Positions 26,446 through 36,495 of a stretch of DNA of 50,512 nt are shown here, piece by piece (position 1 is the stretch's first letter; each line of letters starts with the position of its first letter). The notes below the pieces were generated by a model that saw only the letters and a program-made list of their open reading frames with translations, had not been told where the DNA came from and made no database searches. The translations under genes and the position numbers were made by a program. The stretch comes from Roseivivax sp. (lineage in GTDB: Bacteria; Pseudomonadota; Alphaproteobacteria; Rhodobacterales; Rhodobacteraceae), in contig JAGRMT010000119.1 in NCBI GenBank assembly GCA_020441125.1, forward strand, positions 3,846-54,357. The letters are read 5' to 3'.

Positions 26446-27840
26446 TCACTGCGTGGGGCGCCCCCATATCGTTGCGCAAAGTGCAGCCGCGCCAAGGCAT
26501 GCGGACACCGCGAAGACCAAGGCCAACCCCGCGCCGCCAGTGTGGCCAAGCCCGGCCGCCGCGGCCAGCCGCGGGCCGACCGCATAGAGCGCGGCCATTG
26601 CTGACGCGCCCCAGATCAACCCCATGTTCCTCGACAGACCCAGCAGGGCAGACGTGAGACCCCTGTCGGCACTGACCGTGCGCTGCATGATGGCCGTCAT
26701 GTTCGCAGTCTGGAACATCGCGTAGCCAAAGGTCAGAACGGCGAGGCTTGCTGCATAGCCAGCCGCGCCCAAGAGCCCCGGCAGTACGGCCAGTGACAAC
26801 GCCCCGACCACAACCGCTACCAGCCCGGAGACGATGACAGGATAGGCTGCCAGCCGGTCAACCAGCCGCCCGGCAGGGATGCCGGTCAGCGCCGCAACCA
26901 CCGGGCCGACCGACATCACGATCCCGGTCCTGACGGGATCAAGGCCGAGGACGCCACTGAGGTAGAACGGGCCAACGACGAGAGTCGCCATCACGATGGC
27001 AGAGACCATCATCAGCGATGCCAGTGCCGTGCCCAACGCGCGGTTGCCCAGCAGATCGAGCCGGACCAGCGGCGCAGAGGCCCGCCGTTCCGTCCGGATG
27101 AACGCCGCGAATCCGGTGGCCGAAGCGATGGCTATACCAATCAATGCAGGCGTTTGCAGTCTTTCGCCCAAGGTGAAGACGGCAGAGAAGGCAGCAAGCG
27201 AGAAGGCCAGCAGGATCAAGCCCCGCAGATCGAACCCGGCAGGCCGGCGCGCGGACGGGCTGTCGGCCGGCAGCAGGGCGCTGCCCGCAAGCACCGCCGC
27301 GGCGCCCAAGGCCGCCAGAACCGCAAACACCGACGGCCAGCCCCACAAGGAAATCAGCGCCCCGCCCAGCGACGGCCCAAGAGCCGTTCCCACCGCCGAA
27401 ATCGTGCCCAGCATACCGATGGCGCTGCCCGTGCGCTCAGTCGGCACCAGGTCGCCGACCATCGCTACCGCCAGGGTCATCATCACCGCACCGCCCAAGC
27501 CCTGCACCGCCCGCGCCGCGATCAGCACGGGCAGGTTGGGCGACAAGGCGCAAAGGGCCGAGGCCGCACAGAAAACCGTCATGCCCGCCAGGAACAGGCG
27601 ACGGCGCCCGATCAGGTCTCCCAAACGTCCCGCACCCACGATCAGGCTGGTGACGGCCAGCAAATAGGCGATGACGACCCACTGCACCTCGGCCATGGCG
27701 GCATCGAAAGACCGGGCAAGGGTCGGCAGGGCGACATTCGCGATGCTGGTTCCCAACGAGGACAGCAGCATCGCAAGCGACAAGGCGCCAAGACGCGGCC
27801 AATAGCCCTGGACATGGGCAAGTGCGCGATCCGGCATCAT
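26446..27840 (-). CDS. MFS drug:H+ antiporter (DHA2-like)
   Basis: SIANVALPTL, QWVVIAYLL, GRLGDLIGRRR, ARAVQGLGGA, GPSLGG. About 14 TM segments. Confidence 0.88.
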   Translation of the reverse strand: MMPDRALAHVQGYWPRLGALSLAMLLSSLGTSIANVALPTLARSFDAAMAEVQWVVIAYLLAVTSLIVGAGRLGDLIGRRRLFLAGMTVFCAASALCALSPNLPVLIAARAVQGLGGAVMMTLAVAMVGDLVPTERTGSAIGMLGTISAVGTALGPSLGGALISLWGWPSVFAVLAALGAAAVLAGSALLPADSPSARRPAGFDLRGLILLAFSLAAFSAVFTLGERLQTPALIGIAIASATGFAAFIRTERRASAPLVRLDLLGNRALGTALASLMMVSAIVMATLVVGPFYLSGVLGLDPVRTGIVMSVGPVVAALTGIPAGRLVDRLAAYPVIVSGLVAVVVGALSLAVLPGLLGAAGYAASLAVLTFGYAMFQTANMTAIMQRTVSADRGLTSALLGLSRNMGLIWGASAMAALYAVGPRLAAAAGLGHTGGAGLALVFAVSACLGAAALCATIWGRPTQ

Positions 27841-28076
27841 TGCACCTGTGCCGCGGGGGCCTTGACCATCCGACCGACGAGGCGGCGTGCAAATGGCGCG
27901 ACGACGAGAACGGTCGGGAAGGCGATAAACCAGGACGGAAGCCAAGCGCCCAGCCATAGCAGGACGAAGCCGTCAACCGGTCCGGCGTTGCGCAGGGTGG
28001 CAATGCCGGACACGACGAGCGACATCAGAGCCGACAGGACGAACCCGAACAGGATCGGGGCGAAGCGGGGTGACAT
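27837..28076 (-). CDS. DUF2798 family small membrane protein
   Basis: LFGFVLSALMSLVVSG...WLGAWLPSWFIAFPTVLVVAPFARR. RBS AAGGAG. Confidence 0.78.
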   Translation of the reverse strand: MSPRFAPILFGFVLSALMSLVVSGIATLRNAGPVDGFVLLWLGAWLPSWFIAFPTVLVVAPFARRLVGRMVKAPAAQVQ

Positions 28077-28123
28077 GATTGTCTCCTTTGTTGGTGCAGC
28101 CGGACAGCTAACCGCCCGTGGAC

Positions 28124-28142
28124 CATTGCGGAACGCGCAATG
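28124..28142. promoter_or_regulatory. LysR-type binding site (CATTGCG-N5-CGCAATG, T-N11-A)
   Basis: Perfect inverted repeat in the divergent DUF2798/LysR promoter. Confidence 0.55.
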
Positions 28143-28170
28143 AAGGCATTTAGTAGTTGCGTCTGACGCC

Positions 28171-29091
28171 ATGGGTGCGAGATCAGCGATGCCCGACCTG
28201 AACCTGCTGGTGACCCTTGACGTGCTGTTGAGCGAGGGCAGCGTTGCCGGTGCGGCGCGGCGGCTTCAGCTCAGCCCCTCGGCGATGAGCAGGGCCTTGG
28301 CGCGATTGCGCGAGGTCACGGGCGATCCGCTGCTGGTTCGGGCGGGCCGCAACCTGGTGCCGACGCCGCGCGCCCTGGAGTTGCGCGGGCAGGTCGGCCC
28401 GATCGTAGAGGGCGCAAGGGCGGTATTGCGCCCGGCCGAGGCGCTGGATCTTGCCCGGCTGTCACGCCAGTTCGTCTTGCGCAGCAGCGAAGGTTTCGCC
28501 GAAACCTTTGGCCCGCGGCTGCTGTCTCGGGTCGCCGAGCAGGCAAGCGGCGTGACGCTGCGATTCGTGACCAAGCCCGACAAGGACAGCGCGCCGTTGC
28601 GCGAGGGCGAAGTCGACCTGGAGACCGGCGTCATAGATGCCGGCACGGCGCCCGAGTTGCGCACAATTCCACTGTTCCGCGACCGCTGGATCGGTGTTGT
28701 GCGGACCGGCCACGCGCTCGGGTCCGGGCCGATCACGCCAGAGCGCTATGCGCAGGCCGGTCATGTGCAGGTGCTCAGGCGGGGTTTGCACAGCAGCGAA
28801 ATTGACGAGGCGGCGCGTGCCGCGGGCATAGAGCGCCGGGTCGCCGCCACGGTCAGCGGTTTCTCGACGGCGCTGGCGCTGGCGCGCGAAACAGAGCTGA
28901 TCGCCACGGTTCCAGACCGACACACCGAAGGGCTGCGCCACGGCCTGACAGCGTTCGAGCTGCCGTTTTCCACCACCCCCTTCACCATAGCGATGCTGTG
29001 GCATCCCCGGATGGACGGCGACGAGGCGCACCGCTGGATGCGCGGCCTTGTCCGTTCTGTCTGTGCGTCCGGATCACAGCCCCACGCCTGA
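28171..29091 (+). CDS. LysR family transcriptional regulator
   Basis: DLNLLVTLDVLLSEGSVAGAARRLQLSPSAMSRALARLR, DPLLVRAG, WHPRMDGD-x-AHRW. Alternative start 28189. Confidence 0.92.
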   Translation: MGARSAMPDLNLLVTLDVLLSEGSVAGAARRLQLSPSAMSRALARLREVTGDPLLVRAGRNLVPTPRALELRGQVGPIVEGARAVLRPAEALDLARLSRQFVLRSSEGFAETFGPRLLSRVAEQASGVTLRFVTKPDKDSAPLREGEVDLETGVIDAGTAPELRTIPLFRDRWIGVVRTGHALGSGPITPERYAQAGHVQVLRRGLHSSEIDEAARAAGIERRVAATVSGFSTALALARETELIATVPDRHTEGLRHGLTAFELPFSTTPFTIAMLWHPRMDGDEAHRWMRGLVRSVCASGSQPHA

Positions 29092-29202
29092 GTGAAACGG
29101 CGTGCCGTGCACGGATATCGTGCATGCGCCGCGCCTTCCGCGGCGGCCATGTCTGCGCCACTGTTCCGATCGATCCAATCGTTCAACGAGGGAAACCTTG
29201 CC

Positions 29203-29985
29203 ATGGCCATCGCCGGTAGCTCTGCTGACTCAGCCATTCCCCCCTTGCCGGCGCAACGGATCCCCGCGTGGGGCGTGACCGACCGCGACGCACAGCGGCT
29301 GGCGCGGTTGACGGGACTGCTGTTCCTGGTGACCTTCGCCACCTCGATCCCGGCGCTGCTGGTGTTTTATGCCCCGGCTCTTGCCGACCCGGACTTCGTT
29401 CTGGGGCAGGGCTTCAGCCGCCCGGTCGCGGTTGGGGCGATCCTGGAAATGGTGCTGATCACGGCCAACATTGGCACCGCGCTGACACTCTATCCGCTGC
29501 TGCGCCCATCCCACCCGGTGCTTGCGCCGGCCTATCTCTCGGCCCGGCTTGTCGAGTGCGGCCTGATCGCGGTGGGGATCATCGCGCTGATGGCGCTCAA
29601 TACGCTGCGCGCCGGTCCCGTTGCGGATGATCCCGGCGCGATGCGGGCCGTGGGCGCGGCGCTTGTCGCGGTGCATGACTGGACCTTCCGCATCGGCCCC
29701 GGCGTTGTCGTCGGTGTCGGCAATGGCCTGATCCTTGGCTGGATGATGTGGCAGACGCGGCTTGTTCCGCGCGCCTTGTCCATACTTGGCCTGATCGGCG
29801 GGCCGGCCCTGCTGGTTGCAGGCACGGCCGTCATGATGGGCAAGATCGAGGCCGGTTCCGAAGCACAAATCATCGCCACGATTCCCGAGTTCCTGTGGGA
29901 GCTGCTTTTGGGCCTGTGGCTGATGGTGCGCGGGGTTGATCGCGCCGCGCTTGCGCGCCTTGCAGGTCGCCCTATCCCCGCGTGA
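29203..29985 (+). CDS. DUF4386 family membrane protein
   Basis: ARLTGLLFLVTF, ANIGTALTLYPLL, YLSARLVE, RLVPRALSILGLIG, PEFLWELLLGLWLMVRG. Confidence 0.75.
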   Translation: MAIAGSSADSAIPPLPAQRIPAWGVTDRDAQRLARLTGLLFLVTFATSIPALLVFYAPALADPDFVLGQGFSRPVAVGAILEMVLITANIGTALTLYPLLRPSHPVLAPAYLSARLVECGLIAVGIIALMALNTLRAGPVADDPGAMRAVGAALVAVHDWTFRIGPGVVVGVGNGLILGWMMWQTRLVPRALSILGLIGGPALLVAGTAVMMGKIEAGSEAQIIATIPEFLWELLLGLWLMVRGVDRAALARLAGRPIPA

Positions 29986-30134
29986 TGACCCCGTCGGAGT
30001 CCTTTGCCGGCCGGGCGATGACGCCGCTGCGGCGCCCGGGCGTGTTCACGGGTGTCGCTGGAAAGGCCACGCAGCCTGGGAAGGGGTCTTCCAAGACCGG
30101 CTAGTGCCCGACGATTGCCGTGCCGGTTTAACGG

Positions 30135-31889
30135 TCACGCGCGTATCGACGCCAAAATCCGGTTCTCTGCATCCTTCAAACCGCGCTGCGCGGGTTTTCC
30201 GTTGAACACGATGTCGTGGATTTCTTCGCCCAGCGTCCGTTCGATCAGATTGAACTCCGGGATCGGAGGGCGGGCCCATGTGACCAGCTCGTTCTTGCGG
30301 GCCATGCGGTCGACCATGCTGACGATCGGGGACGAGGCGAGGGCCTCGGGATCCGCGCAGACAGAGAAGCGCGGGGCGACGGGGAAGCCGTTCTTGACGT
30401 GTTCCTTCATCGCTTCGGGCGACACCATCCAGGCAATCGCGTTGATGATCTGCTTTTGCCGCACCGGATCCACGTAGGAAGGAATGGTCAGCAGGAAGCC
30501 CCCGACCGGGGCTGACACCCGCCGCATCCGGCGCGACGGCGGCGAAAGGTAGGCCACGCGGCGCGCCACGCGAGAGCTGAGTTCATGTTCGAAACGCGCG
30601 GCCCGCATGGTCCAGCAATAAGCCAGCGATACAGAGCCCGACATGAAGTAGTGAATGCGCCGTTCCCAATCCATCGTCGAGATGTCGGGCGGCGAAACCT
30701 CGACCAGCTGCTTCATGTACTCGATGACTTCCAGCGCATCCTCGGTGTCGATCTGAAGCTTCAGCTTCTCGAAGGATTCGAAGCTCCAGCTTTCCTGGTT
30801 GCGCAGGGGCATGTCGATGATCGTCGTGCGGCAGGCCGCAAGGAAGAACATGAAGCTGTTGGCGATCGGCATTCCGCGCTGGCCGTTCCAGGCGATACCG
30901 TAAAACTCGTTCTTCGGATCGTGAAAGGCACGCGCGGCGGCGATGGTTTCGTCGAAGGTCTTGGGGTAGGCGATGTCGCGCGCCTCGAAGAGGTCCTTGC
31001 GGGCGGCAAGGATTTCGATCGTGCAGTAAAGCGGGATGCCGTATTGCACCCCCTTCCAGTTGCCGGTGCCCCAGACCGAGGGGTGGAAATCCAGCGGGTT
31101 GATCGCGGCGTCTGTCAGCAACTGCTCAAGCGGGGCAAGCTCGCCCCGCTCAGCGAATTCGCCAAGCCAGGGCATGTTTATCGCCACGACATCGTAGCGC
31201 GGCGACAGTTCTGAAAAGGTGCGGCGGGCATTGGCGTAGAGGTCGGGCAGGCGCAGCAGGTCGAAACTGCTTTTCCGCCCGAAATCGTTGCGGAAGTCCG
31301 ACCACATGTTGCGCATGGCGATGAAGTAGTTGTCGTCGTTCAGCAGGAACTTGATGTCGCTCAGGCCCGAGATGTCTTCGCCCCGAACGGGCGAGATGAT
31401 CTGCGATGCAAAGTAGCTGCCGCCGAAGTAGTATTCGCTGGCCTCGGTGCCTTTGCGCAGGCCAAAGGTCTTGGCCATGTGGCCCTTGACGTGGGTGGCG
31501 TATTGCATGAAGGCGCCCAGCAGCGCGTCCGAAGGTTCAAGAAAGTGGGTCTTCAGCCCATTGCCACGCGGAACCTGGGTGATCAGCCCTTCCTCGATCA
31601 TCTTGGTGATCATGCGGTTGCCGGTGCTGTAGGGCACATCGGCAAGGCTGATCAGCCCCGACTTGTCGATCGGATTAAGGCGCAGATGGGCATCGACCAA
31701 TTCCAGCGTGATGTTGAAATAGACGTCCTGCTTGGCGCCGGGCATCTTAAGATCGAACGGTGAGCGCAGGCGTCGCAGGAAGTCGACGATCCGCGATAAC
31801 TCATGACTGGTCAGTTCGGCATCTTGCGGCTGCATGGCAACCGGATGCTGCACCGCCGAGTTCACCTTGTCGACAATTTTTGCTGCCAT
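30135..31889 (-). CDS. Winged-helix DNA-binding domain fused to a sugar-type extracellular solute-binding domain (probable cytoplasmic regulator)
   Basis: No signal peptide. N-terminal KSGLISLADVPYSTGNRMITKMIEEGLI resembles a MarR-like wHTH. C-terminus is SBP family 1-like (YDVVAINMPWLGEFAE, QYGIP, ARKDLFE, PKTFDE). Alternative start 31835. Confidence 0.72.
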   Translation of the reverse strand: MAAKIVDKVNSAVQHPVAMQPQDAELTSHELSRIVDFLRRLRSPFDLKMPGAKQDVYFNITLELVDAHLRLNPIDKSGLISLADVPYSTGNRMITKMIEEGLITQVPRGNGLKTHFLEPSDALLGAFMQYATHVKGHMAKTFGLRKGTEASEYYFGGSYFASQIISPVRGEDISGLSDIKFLLNDDNYFIAMRNMWSDFRNDFGRKSSFDLLRLPDLYANARRTFSELSPRYDVVAINMPWLGEFAERGELAPLEQLLTDAAINPLDFHPSVWGTGNWKGVQYGIPLYCTIEILAARKDLFEARDIAYPKTFDETIAAARAFHDPKNEFYGIAWNGQRGMPIANSFMFFLAACRTTIIDMPLRNQESWSFESFEKLKLQIDTEDALEVIEYMKQLVEVSPPDISTMDWERRIHYFMSGSVSLAYCWTMRAARFEHELSSRVARRVAYLSPPSRRMRRVSAPVGGFLLTIPSYVDPVRQKQIINAIAWMVSPEAMKEHVKNGFPVAPRFSVCADPEALASSPIVSMVDRMARKNELVTWARPPIPEFNLIERTLGEEIHDIVFNGKPAQRGLKDAENRILASIRA

Positions 31890-32782
31890 TTCACCAAAGC
31901 GAAGAAATCTTCGTCCTGCATACCCGCGTTTGACGCGCTGCGATAAAGTTCAAGGATCAGCCCAGTTGTCAGCAACGGCACACCGTTGCGACGCGCGGCT
32001 TCGCTGATCAGGGTGAAATCCTTGATCATCTGCGCCACTGTGAACGCCGGTGAAAAGTCGTCGTTCACCACGGCTGCCTGCTTGTACTTGAACAGCGGCG
32101 AAGCAACGGCGCTTTCACAGATCACTGTCATCATGTCGGCCCGGCCCAGCCCGCCACTGGCCCCGATAGCGAGGGCCTCGGACAGCACCGCAGAAGATGC
32201 GCCGACCAGCGTGTTCAACACCAGTTTCATGTAGCGTGCTTCCTCGGCCGGTCCGAGGTAGAAGCGGCGCGCCGACATCTTTTCCAGGTAGGGCAGGGCC
32301 TTGTCCCATGCCGCCTGGTCGCCCGAGGCAAGCACGGTGAGGGCTGCCTTTGCCGCCAGATCCGTGCTGCCCGACAGGGGCGCGCGCAGGTATTCGATGC
32401 CTGCCGCCTTGAGCCGCTTGGCAACAGCCTCAGAGCATTCGGGTGAAACCGTGCTCATTTCCACGAATACCGCGCCTGACGGCAAGATGTCGGCAAGACC
32501 CGGGCCCGCGGTGCCGAAGACCACGTCGTGAAGGACCTGGTCATTGGGCAGGGTGGCGAACACGATCCCTGTATCCGCCAGCGCGGCCAGAGATTCGGCG
32601 GCCTGCGCGCCCGCCTGCGTCAGGGCCGCTCGGCTCGTCGCATCCGGTTCGGACACCATGACCGAAATACCGTCAGCCAGCAGGTTGCGCGCCATCGGGC
32701 CGCCCATCTTGCCGGCACCGATCCACCCGACCAGTTGCTCTTTGTCCGCTTCACCTACGGAACGTGTCGCGCCGTGAATCAT
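31862..32782 (-). CDS. NAD(P)-dependent beta-hydroxyacid dehydrogenase (3-hydroxyisobutyrate DH family)
   Basis: GWIGAGKMGGPMARNL, VEMSTVSP, APLSGS, MKLVLN, F-T-x-x-x-MIKD. Confidence 0.87.
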   Translation of the reverse strand: MIHGATRSVGEADKEQLVGWIGAGKMGGPMARNLLADGISVMVSEPDATSRAALTQAGAQAAESLAALADTGIVFATLPNDQVLHDVVFGTAGPGLADILPSGAVFVEMSTVSPECSEAVAKRLKAAGIEYLRAPLSGSTDLAAKAALTVLASGDQAAWDKALPYLEKMSARRFYLGPAEEARYMKLVLNTLVGASSAVLSEALAIGASGGLGRADMMTVICESAVASPLFKYKQAAVVNDDFSPAFTVAQMIKDFTLISEAARRNGVPLLTTGLILELYRSASNAGMQDEDFFALVKWQQKLSTR

Positions 32783-32993
32783 GCGTAAGTCTCCGCTTTT
32801 CGCTTTGGCTCACACTACGGCGCCGGTCTGGCGACGCTTTGTCTAATTTCTCCGAAGCGGAGATTATTTCTCAGTAGCTGTCGTTTCGGTTTGCTACGAA
32901 TCGAGACAGCCAAAGTGGCGGGCTTGTCCGGGAATGCCGTTCGCACGGTACGGACAAGGGGGCCGCAGGGAACGCACAGGGGAGGATACCGAT

Positions 32994-34061
32994 TTGAAAG
33001 CCGTACGGTTTCATGGGGCCAGGGACATCCGGGTCGAGCAGGTCGAGGAGCCTTCGGGAAAGCTGGCGCCCGACGACGTGCTTATTGCGCCGATCGTCAC
33101 CGGCATCTGCGGCACGGACCTGCATGAATACCTGGCCGGGCCGATCGTCACCCCGGCCGAGCCGCATGTCTATACCGGCGCGACGAACCCGCAGATCCTG
33201 GGGCACGAGTTTTCGGCCCGCGTTCTGGCGGTCGGCGACGCGGTCAGCGACGTTGCCGCGGGCGATCGCATTTCCATTCAGCCGCTGGTGGCGCCGCGCA
33301 ACGATTACTACGGTAAGCGCGGCCTTTATCACCTGTCGCCGCAGCTGGGCTGCGTCGGCCTGTCGTGGGCCTGGGGTGGAATGGGCGAAAAGGCCGTCAT
33401 CAAGGATTACAACGCCCAGCCCGTGCCGGACGGTATCACCGACGAACAGGCGGCCATGATCGAACCGGCAGCTGTGGCGCTATATGGTGTCGACCGCGGC
33501 GGGGTTACGGCGGGATCGACCGTGCTGGTTTCGGGCGCAGGTCCGATTGGCGCGCTGACGGTGCTGTCGGCACACGCCGCCGGGGCCAGCACGATCATCG
33601 TGTCGGAACCGAACCCGAACCGGCGCCGCATCATCAAGGAAATCGCGCCTTATGCGCACGTGGTCGACCCGCGCAGCGGCGACCTGGGCACGATGGTGGG
33701 CGACCTGACCGAAGAAGGGGTGGGCGTTGACGTCGCGCTGGAATGCGTCGGGCTCGAGGCGTCGCTGAACGCGTGCGCCAACGCGGTTCGCCGGCAGGGC
33801 AAGGTGGTGCAGGTCGGCCTGCACATGAAGCCTGCCAGCATCGACGCCATGCTTTGGGCGCTCAAGGACATCACGGTCGAGGCAACCTGGTGCTACCCGA
33901 CCCAGATCTGGCCGCGCATCGCGCGGATGGTCGCTGCCGGCAATTTCCCGATCGAGAAAGTCATCACCGCGCGCATCTCGGCCGAGAATGTCGTCGACAA
34001 AGGGTTCGAGGCGCTTCTCGACCCGGCCGGCGAGCATCTGAAAATCCTCGTCACGACCTGA
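32994..34061 (+). CDS. Zinc-dependent (MDR) dehydrogenase, 2,3-butanediol/polyol DH-like
   Basis: TTG start after GGAGG; GICGTDLHEY, LGHEF, IEPAAVA, GAGPIG. Confidence 0.85.
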   Translation: MKAVRFHGARDIRVEQVEEPSGKLAPDDVLIAPIVTGICGTDLHEYLAGPIVTPAEPHVYTGATNPQILGHEFSARVLAVGDAVSDVAAGDRISIQPLVAPRNDYYGKRGLYHLSPQLGCVGLSWAWGGMGEKAVIKDYNAQPVPDGITDEQAAMIEPAAVALYGVDRGGVTAGSTVLVSGAGPIGALTVLSAHAAGASTIIVSEPNPNRRRIIKEIAPYAHVVDPRSGDLGTMVGDLTEEGVGVDVALECVGLEASLNACANAVRRQGKVVQVGLHMKPASIDAMLWALKDITVEATWCYPTQIWPRIARMVAAGNFPIEKVITARISAENVVDKGFEALLDPAGEHLKILVTT

Positions 34062-34094
34062 CGACACCACGAAGAAAAACGGAAACTGACGCTA

Positions 34095-35165
34095 ATGACT
34101 GACACCAATATTGCGCTGATCGTCGGGGCCACCGGTCTGTCCGGAAGCTACACCGCGCGCGAACTGAAAAAACATGGATGGACGGTCGTCACTGTTTCGC
34201 GCAGCGCCGTCGATCTCGATTGGTCCGACCGTCACATCGCCGCCGACCTGACGGATGCCGCCGCGACCGCCGAGGCGCTGAAGAGTGCGCAGGACGTGAC
34301 CCATGTGTTCTATTGCACCTGGGCACGGCAGGCCAACGAAGACGAAAACGTCCGCGTCAACGGCCTGATGATCCGCAACCTGTTCGACGGCATCGCCGGT
34401 GCGCCTGTCCGGCACGCGGCGCTGGTCACGGGGTTGAAGCACTATCTTGGCTCGTTCGACGATTACGCCAAGGTCACGCCCTACACGCCGTTCCTGGAAT
34501 CCAGCCCGCGCCTGCCGGGGCCGAATTTCTACTATGCACAGGAAGACGTGCTGTTCGAAATGGCCGAAAAGCACGGCTTTACCTGGTCGGTGCATCGCCC
34601 GCACACCATGATCGGCTTTACGGTCGGCAACTACATGAACATGGCTGTCACGCTCGCCGTTTATGCGTCGATCTGCAAGCACACGGGGCGCAAGTTCCTT
34701 TATCCCGGGTCGTCGCAGCAGTTGAACGCCGTAACCGACGTGACCGACGCGCGGGTTCTGGCCAAGCAGCTGCACTGGGCCGCAACCACGCCCGAGGCCG
34801 CCAATACGCCCTTCAACACCGCCAATGGCGACGTGTTCCGCTGGACGTGGCTGTGGCAGCAGATCGCCGATTACTTCGGGATCGAGGTCGCGGAATACCC
34901 CGGTCATCCGACGCCGCTGCAAGAGCAGATGAAAGGCGCCGACGCCATCTGGAAAGAAATCGTGGCCAAGCACGGGCTGCAGGACATCCCGGTGAACACG
35001 CTGGCGTCGTGGTGGCACAGCGATGCCGACCTGGGTCGCGAGCTGGAGTGCTTCACCGACATGGGCAACAGCCGGCGGCTGGGTTTCACCGCCTACCAGT
35101 CCACGCGCGAAAGCTTCGTCGATGTCTTCGACGAGCTGCGCGCGCGCAAGATCATTCCAGCCTGA
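34095..35165 (+). CDS. SDR oxidoreductase, PRISE (progesterone 5beta-reductase/iridoid synthase-like) family
   Basis: ALIVGATG, VTHVFY, TGLKHYLG, PNFYYAQED, WSVHRP, FNTANGDVFRW, RARKIIP. Confidence 0.85.
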   Translation: MTDTNIALIVGATGLSGSYTARELKKHGWTVVTVSRSAVDLDWSDRHIAADLTDAAATAEALKSAQDVTHVFYCTWARQANEDENVRVNGLMIRNLFDGIAGAPVRHAALVTGLKHYLGSFDDYAKVTPYTPFLESSPRLPGPNFYYAQEDVLFEMAEKHGFTWSVHRPHTMIGFTVGNYMNMAVTLAVYASICKHTGRKFLYPGSSQQLNAVTDVTDARVLAKQLHWAATTPEAANTPFNTANGDVFRWTWLWQQIADYFGIEVAEYPGHPTPLQEQMKGADAIWKEIVAKHGLQDIPVNTLASWWHSDADLGRELECFTDMGNSRRLGFTAYQSTRESFVDVFDELRARKIIPA

Positions 35166-35175
35166 GGAGGACAAG

Positions 35176-35460
35176 ATGCATTACGTGATCCATTGCCTTG
35201 ACCACGACGGTGCCGTCGACAAGCGGCTGGCCAACTACGAAGACCACAAGGCGTATCTGTCCAAGGCTCCGGTCAAGACCGTGATCTCGGGTCCGCTGCT
35301 TGCCGATGACGAGGAAACGATGATCGGCAGCTGCTTCGTTCTCGAAGCCGACAGCCTGGCCGAAGTCGAGGATTTCAACCGCAACGATCCCTTCGCAAAG
35401 GTCGGTCTGTGGAAAACCGTGTCGATCCGTCCCTTCAACAAGCGCGTGGACAACCGGTGA
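35176..35460 (+). CDS. YciI family protein
   Basis: R-x-x-x-x-x-x-H (RLANYEDHKAYL), SGPLL, GS, NDPF. RBS GAGGAGG. Confidence 0.85.
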   Translation: MHYVIHCLDHDGAVDKRLANYEDHKAYLSKAPVKTVISGPLLADDEETMIGSCFVLEADSLAEVEDFNRNDPFAKVGLWKTVSIRPFNKRVDNR

Positions 35461-36494
35461 TGTCTGGTCCTGTGAAAATCGCCCTCGTGGGGCTGGGCTG
35501 GTGGGGGCAGAAGATGCTCTCGGTTTTGCAGGCCGCGCCCGACGACATTCGCGTGGTGCACGCGGTGGAACCCAACACCGATACCGTCAGCGCACTGTGC
35601 GCGTCAAAAGGCGTGGTACTGTCGAAGGACTATGCCGATGCGCTGAACGACCCTGAGGTCGAGGCCGTGGTTCTGGCGACGCCGCATTCGCTGCACACTG
35701 GCCAGATCGCCCAGGCGGTCGCGGCGGGCAAGAATGTGTTCTGCGAAAAGCCGTTGGCCCTGACCGCTGCCGAGGCGGCGCGTTCGGTCGATCTGTGCCG
35801 CCGTGCCGGCCTGGTCCTGGGCATGGGGCATGAACGCCGGTTCGAACCGCCCGTTGCCGACATGCTTGCCCGTGCCGATGCCGGAAAGCTGGGCCGCATT
35901 CACCAGATCGAGGCAAACTTCAGCCACGACAAATTCGTGACGATCGACCGCGACAACTGGCGCGTGAAGGCAACCGAGGCACCCGCCGGCGGCATGACCG
36001 CGACCGGCATCCATCTGCTGGATCTGTCAGTGCGCCTGCTGGGCCGTGCGGAAAGCGTGCTGTGCATCTGCGAACAGTTGTCGTCGGACCTGCCGCAGGG
36101 CGACACGGTCGCCGCTTACGTCAAGTTTGCCGGCGGCGGTACGTCTTACGTCTCGGCCTCGCTGGCGAACCCGTTCATGTCGCGCTTTACCGTCTACGGG
36201 TCCAAGGGCTGGATCGACATCCGCGACAAAGCGCATGTCGAGGCGCCCGCGGGCTGGGTCGTGACTTCGGCCATGGCCGGCGGTCCGATCGAGACGGTCG
36301 AAATCGGCAAGGCCGAACCGGTCAAGGACAACCTTGTCGCCTTTGCCCGCGCCGTGCGGGGGCAGGCTGAATATCCGATCACCGGAGAACACCTGGTCAA
36401 CAATATCGCCTTGCTTGAGGCGGTCTTTGCATCGGCCCGCAGTGGGCAAATCGAAAAGGTGGCCCATCCGGTCGCCGCAGCAGTGGAAGCCTGA
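35460..36494 (+). CDS. Gfo/Idh/MocA family oxidoreductase (inositol dehydrogenase-like)
   Basis: VGLGWWG, ATPHSLH, VFCEKP, GHERRF, GIHLLD. Confidence 0.88.
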   Translation: MSGPVKIALVGLGWWGQKMLSVLQAAPDDIRVVHAVEPNTDTVSALCASKGVVLSKDYADALNDPEVEAVVLATPHSLHTGQIAQAVAAGKNVFCEKPLALTAAEAARSVDLCRRAGLVLGMGHERRFEPPVADMLARADAGKLGRIHQIEANFSHDKFVTIDRDNWRVKATEAPAGGMTATGIHLLDLSVRLLGRAESVLCICEQLSSDLPQGDTVAAYVKFAGGGTSYVSASLANPFMSRFTVYGSKGWIDIRDKAHVEAPAGWVVTSAMAGGPIETVEIGKAEPVKDNLVAFARAVRGQAEYPITGEHLVNNIALLEAVFASARSGQIEKVAHPVAAAVEA

Positions 36495-36495
36495 C

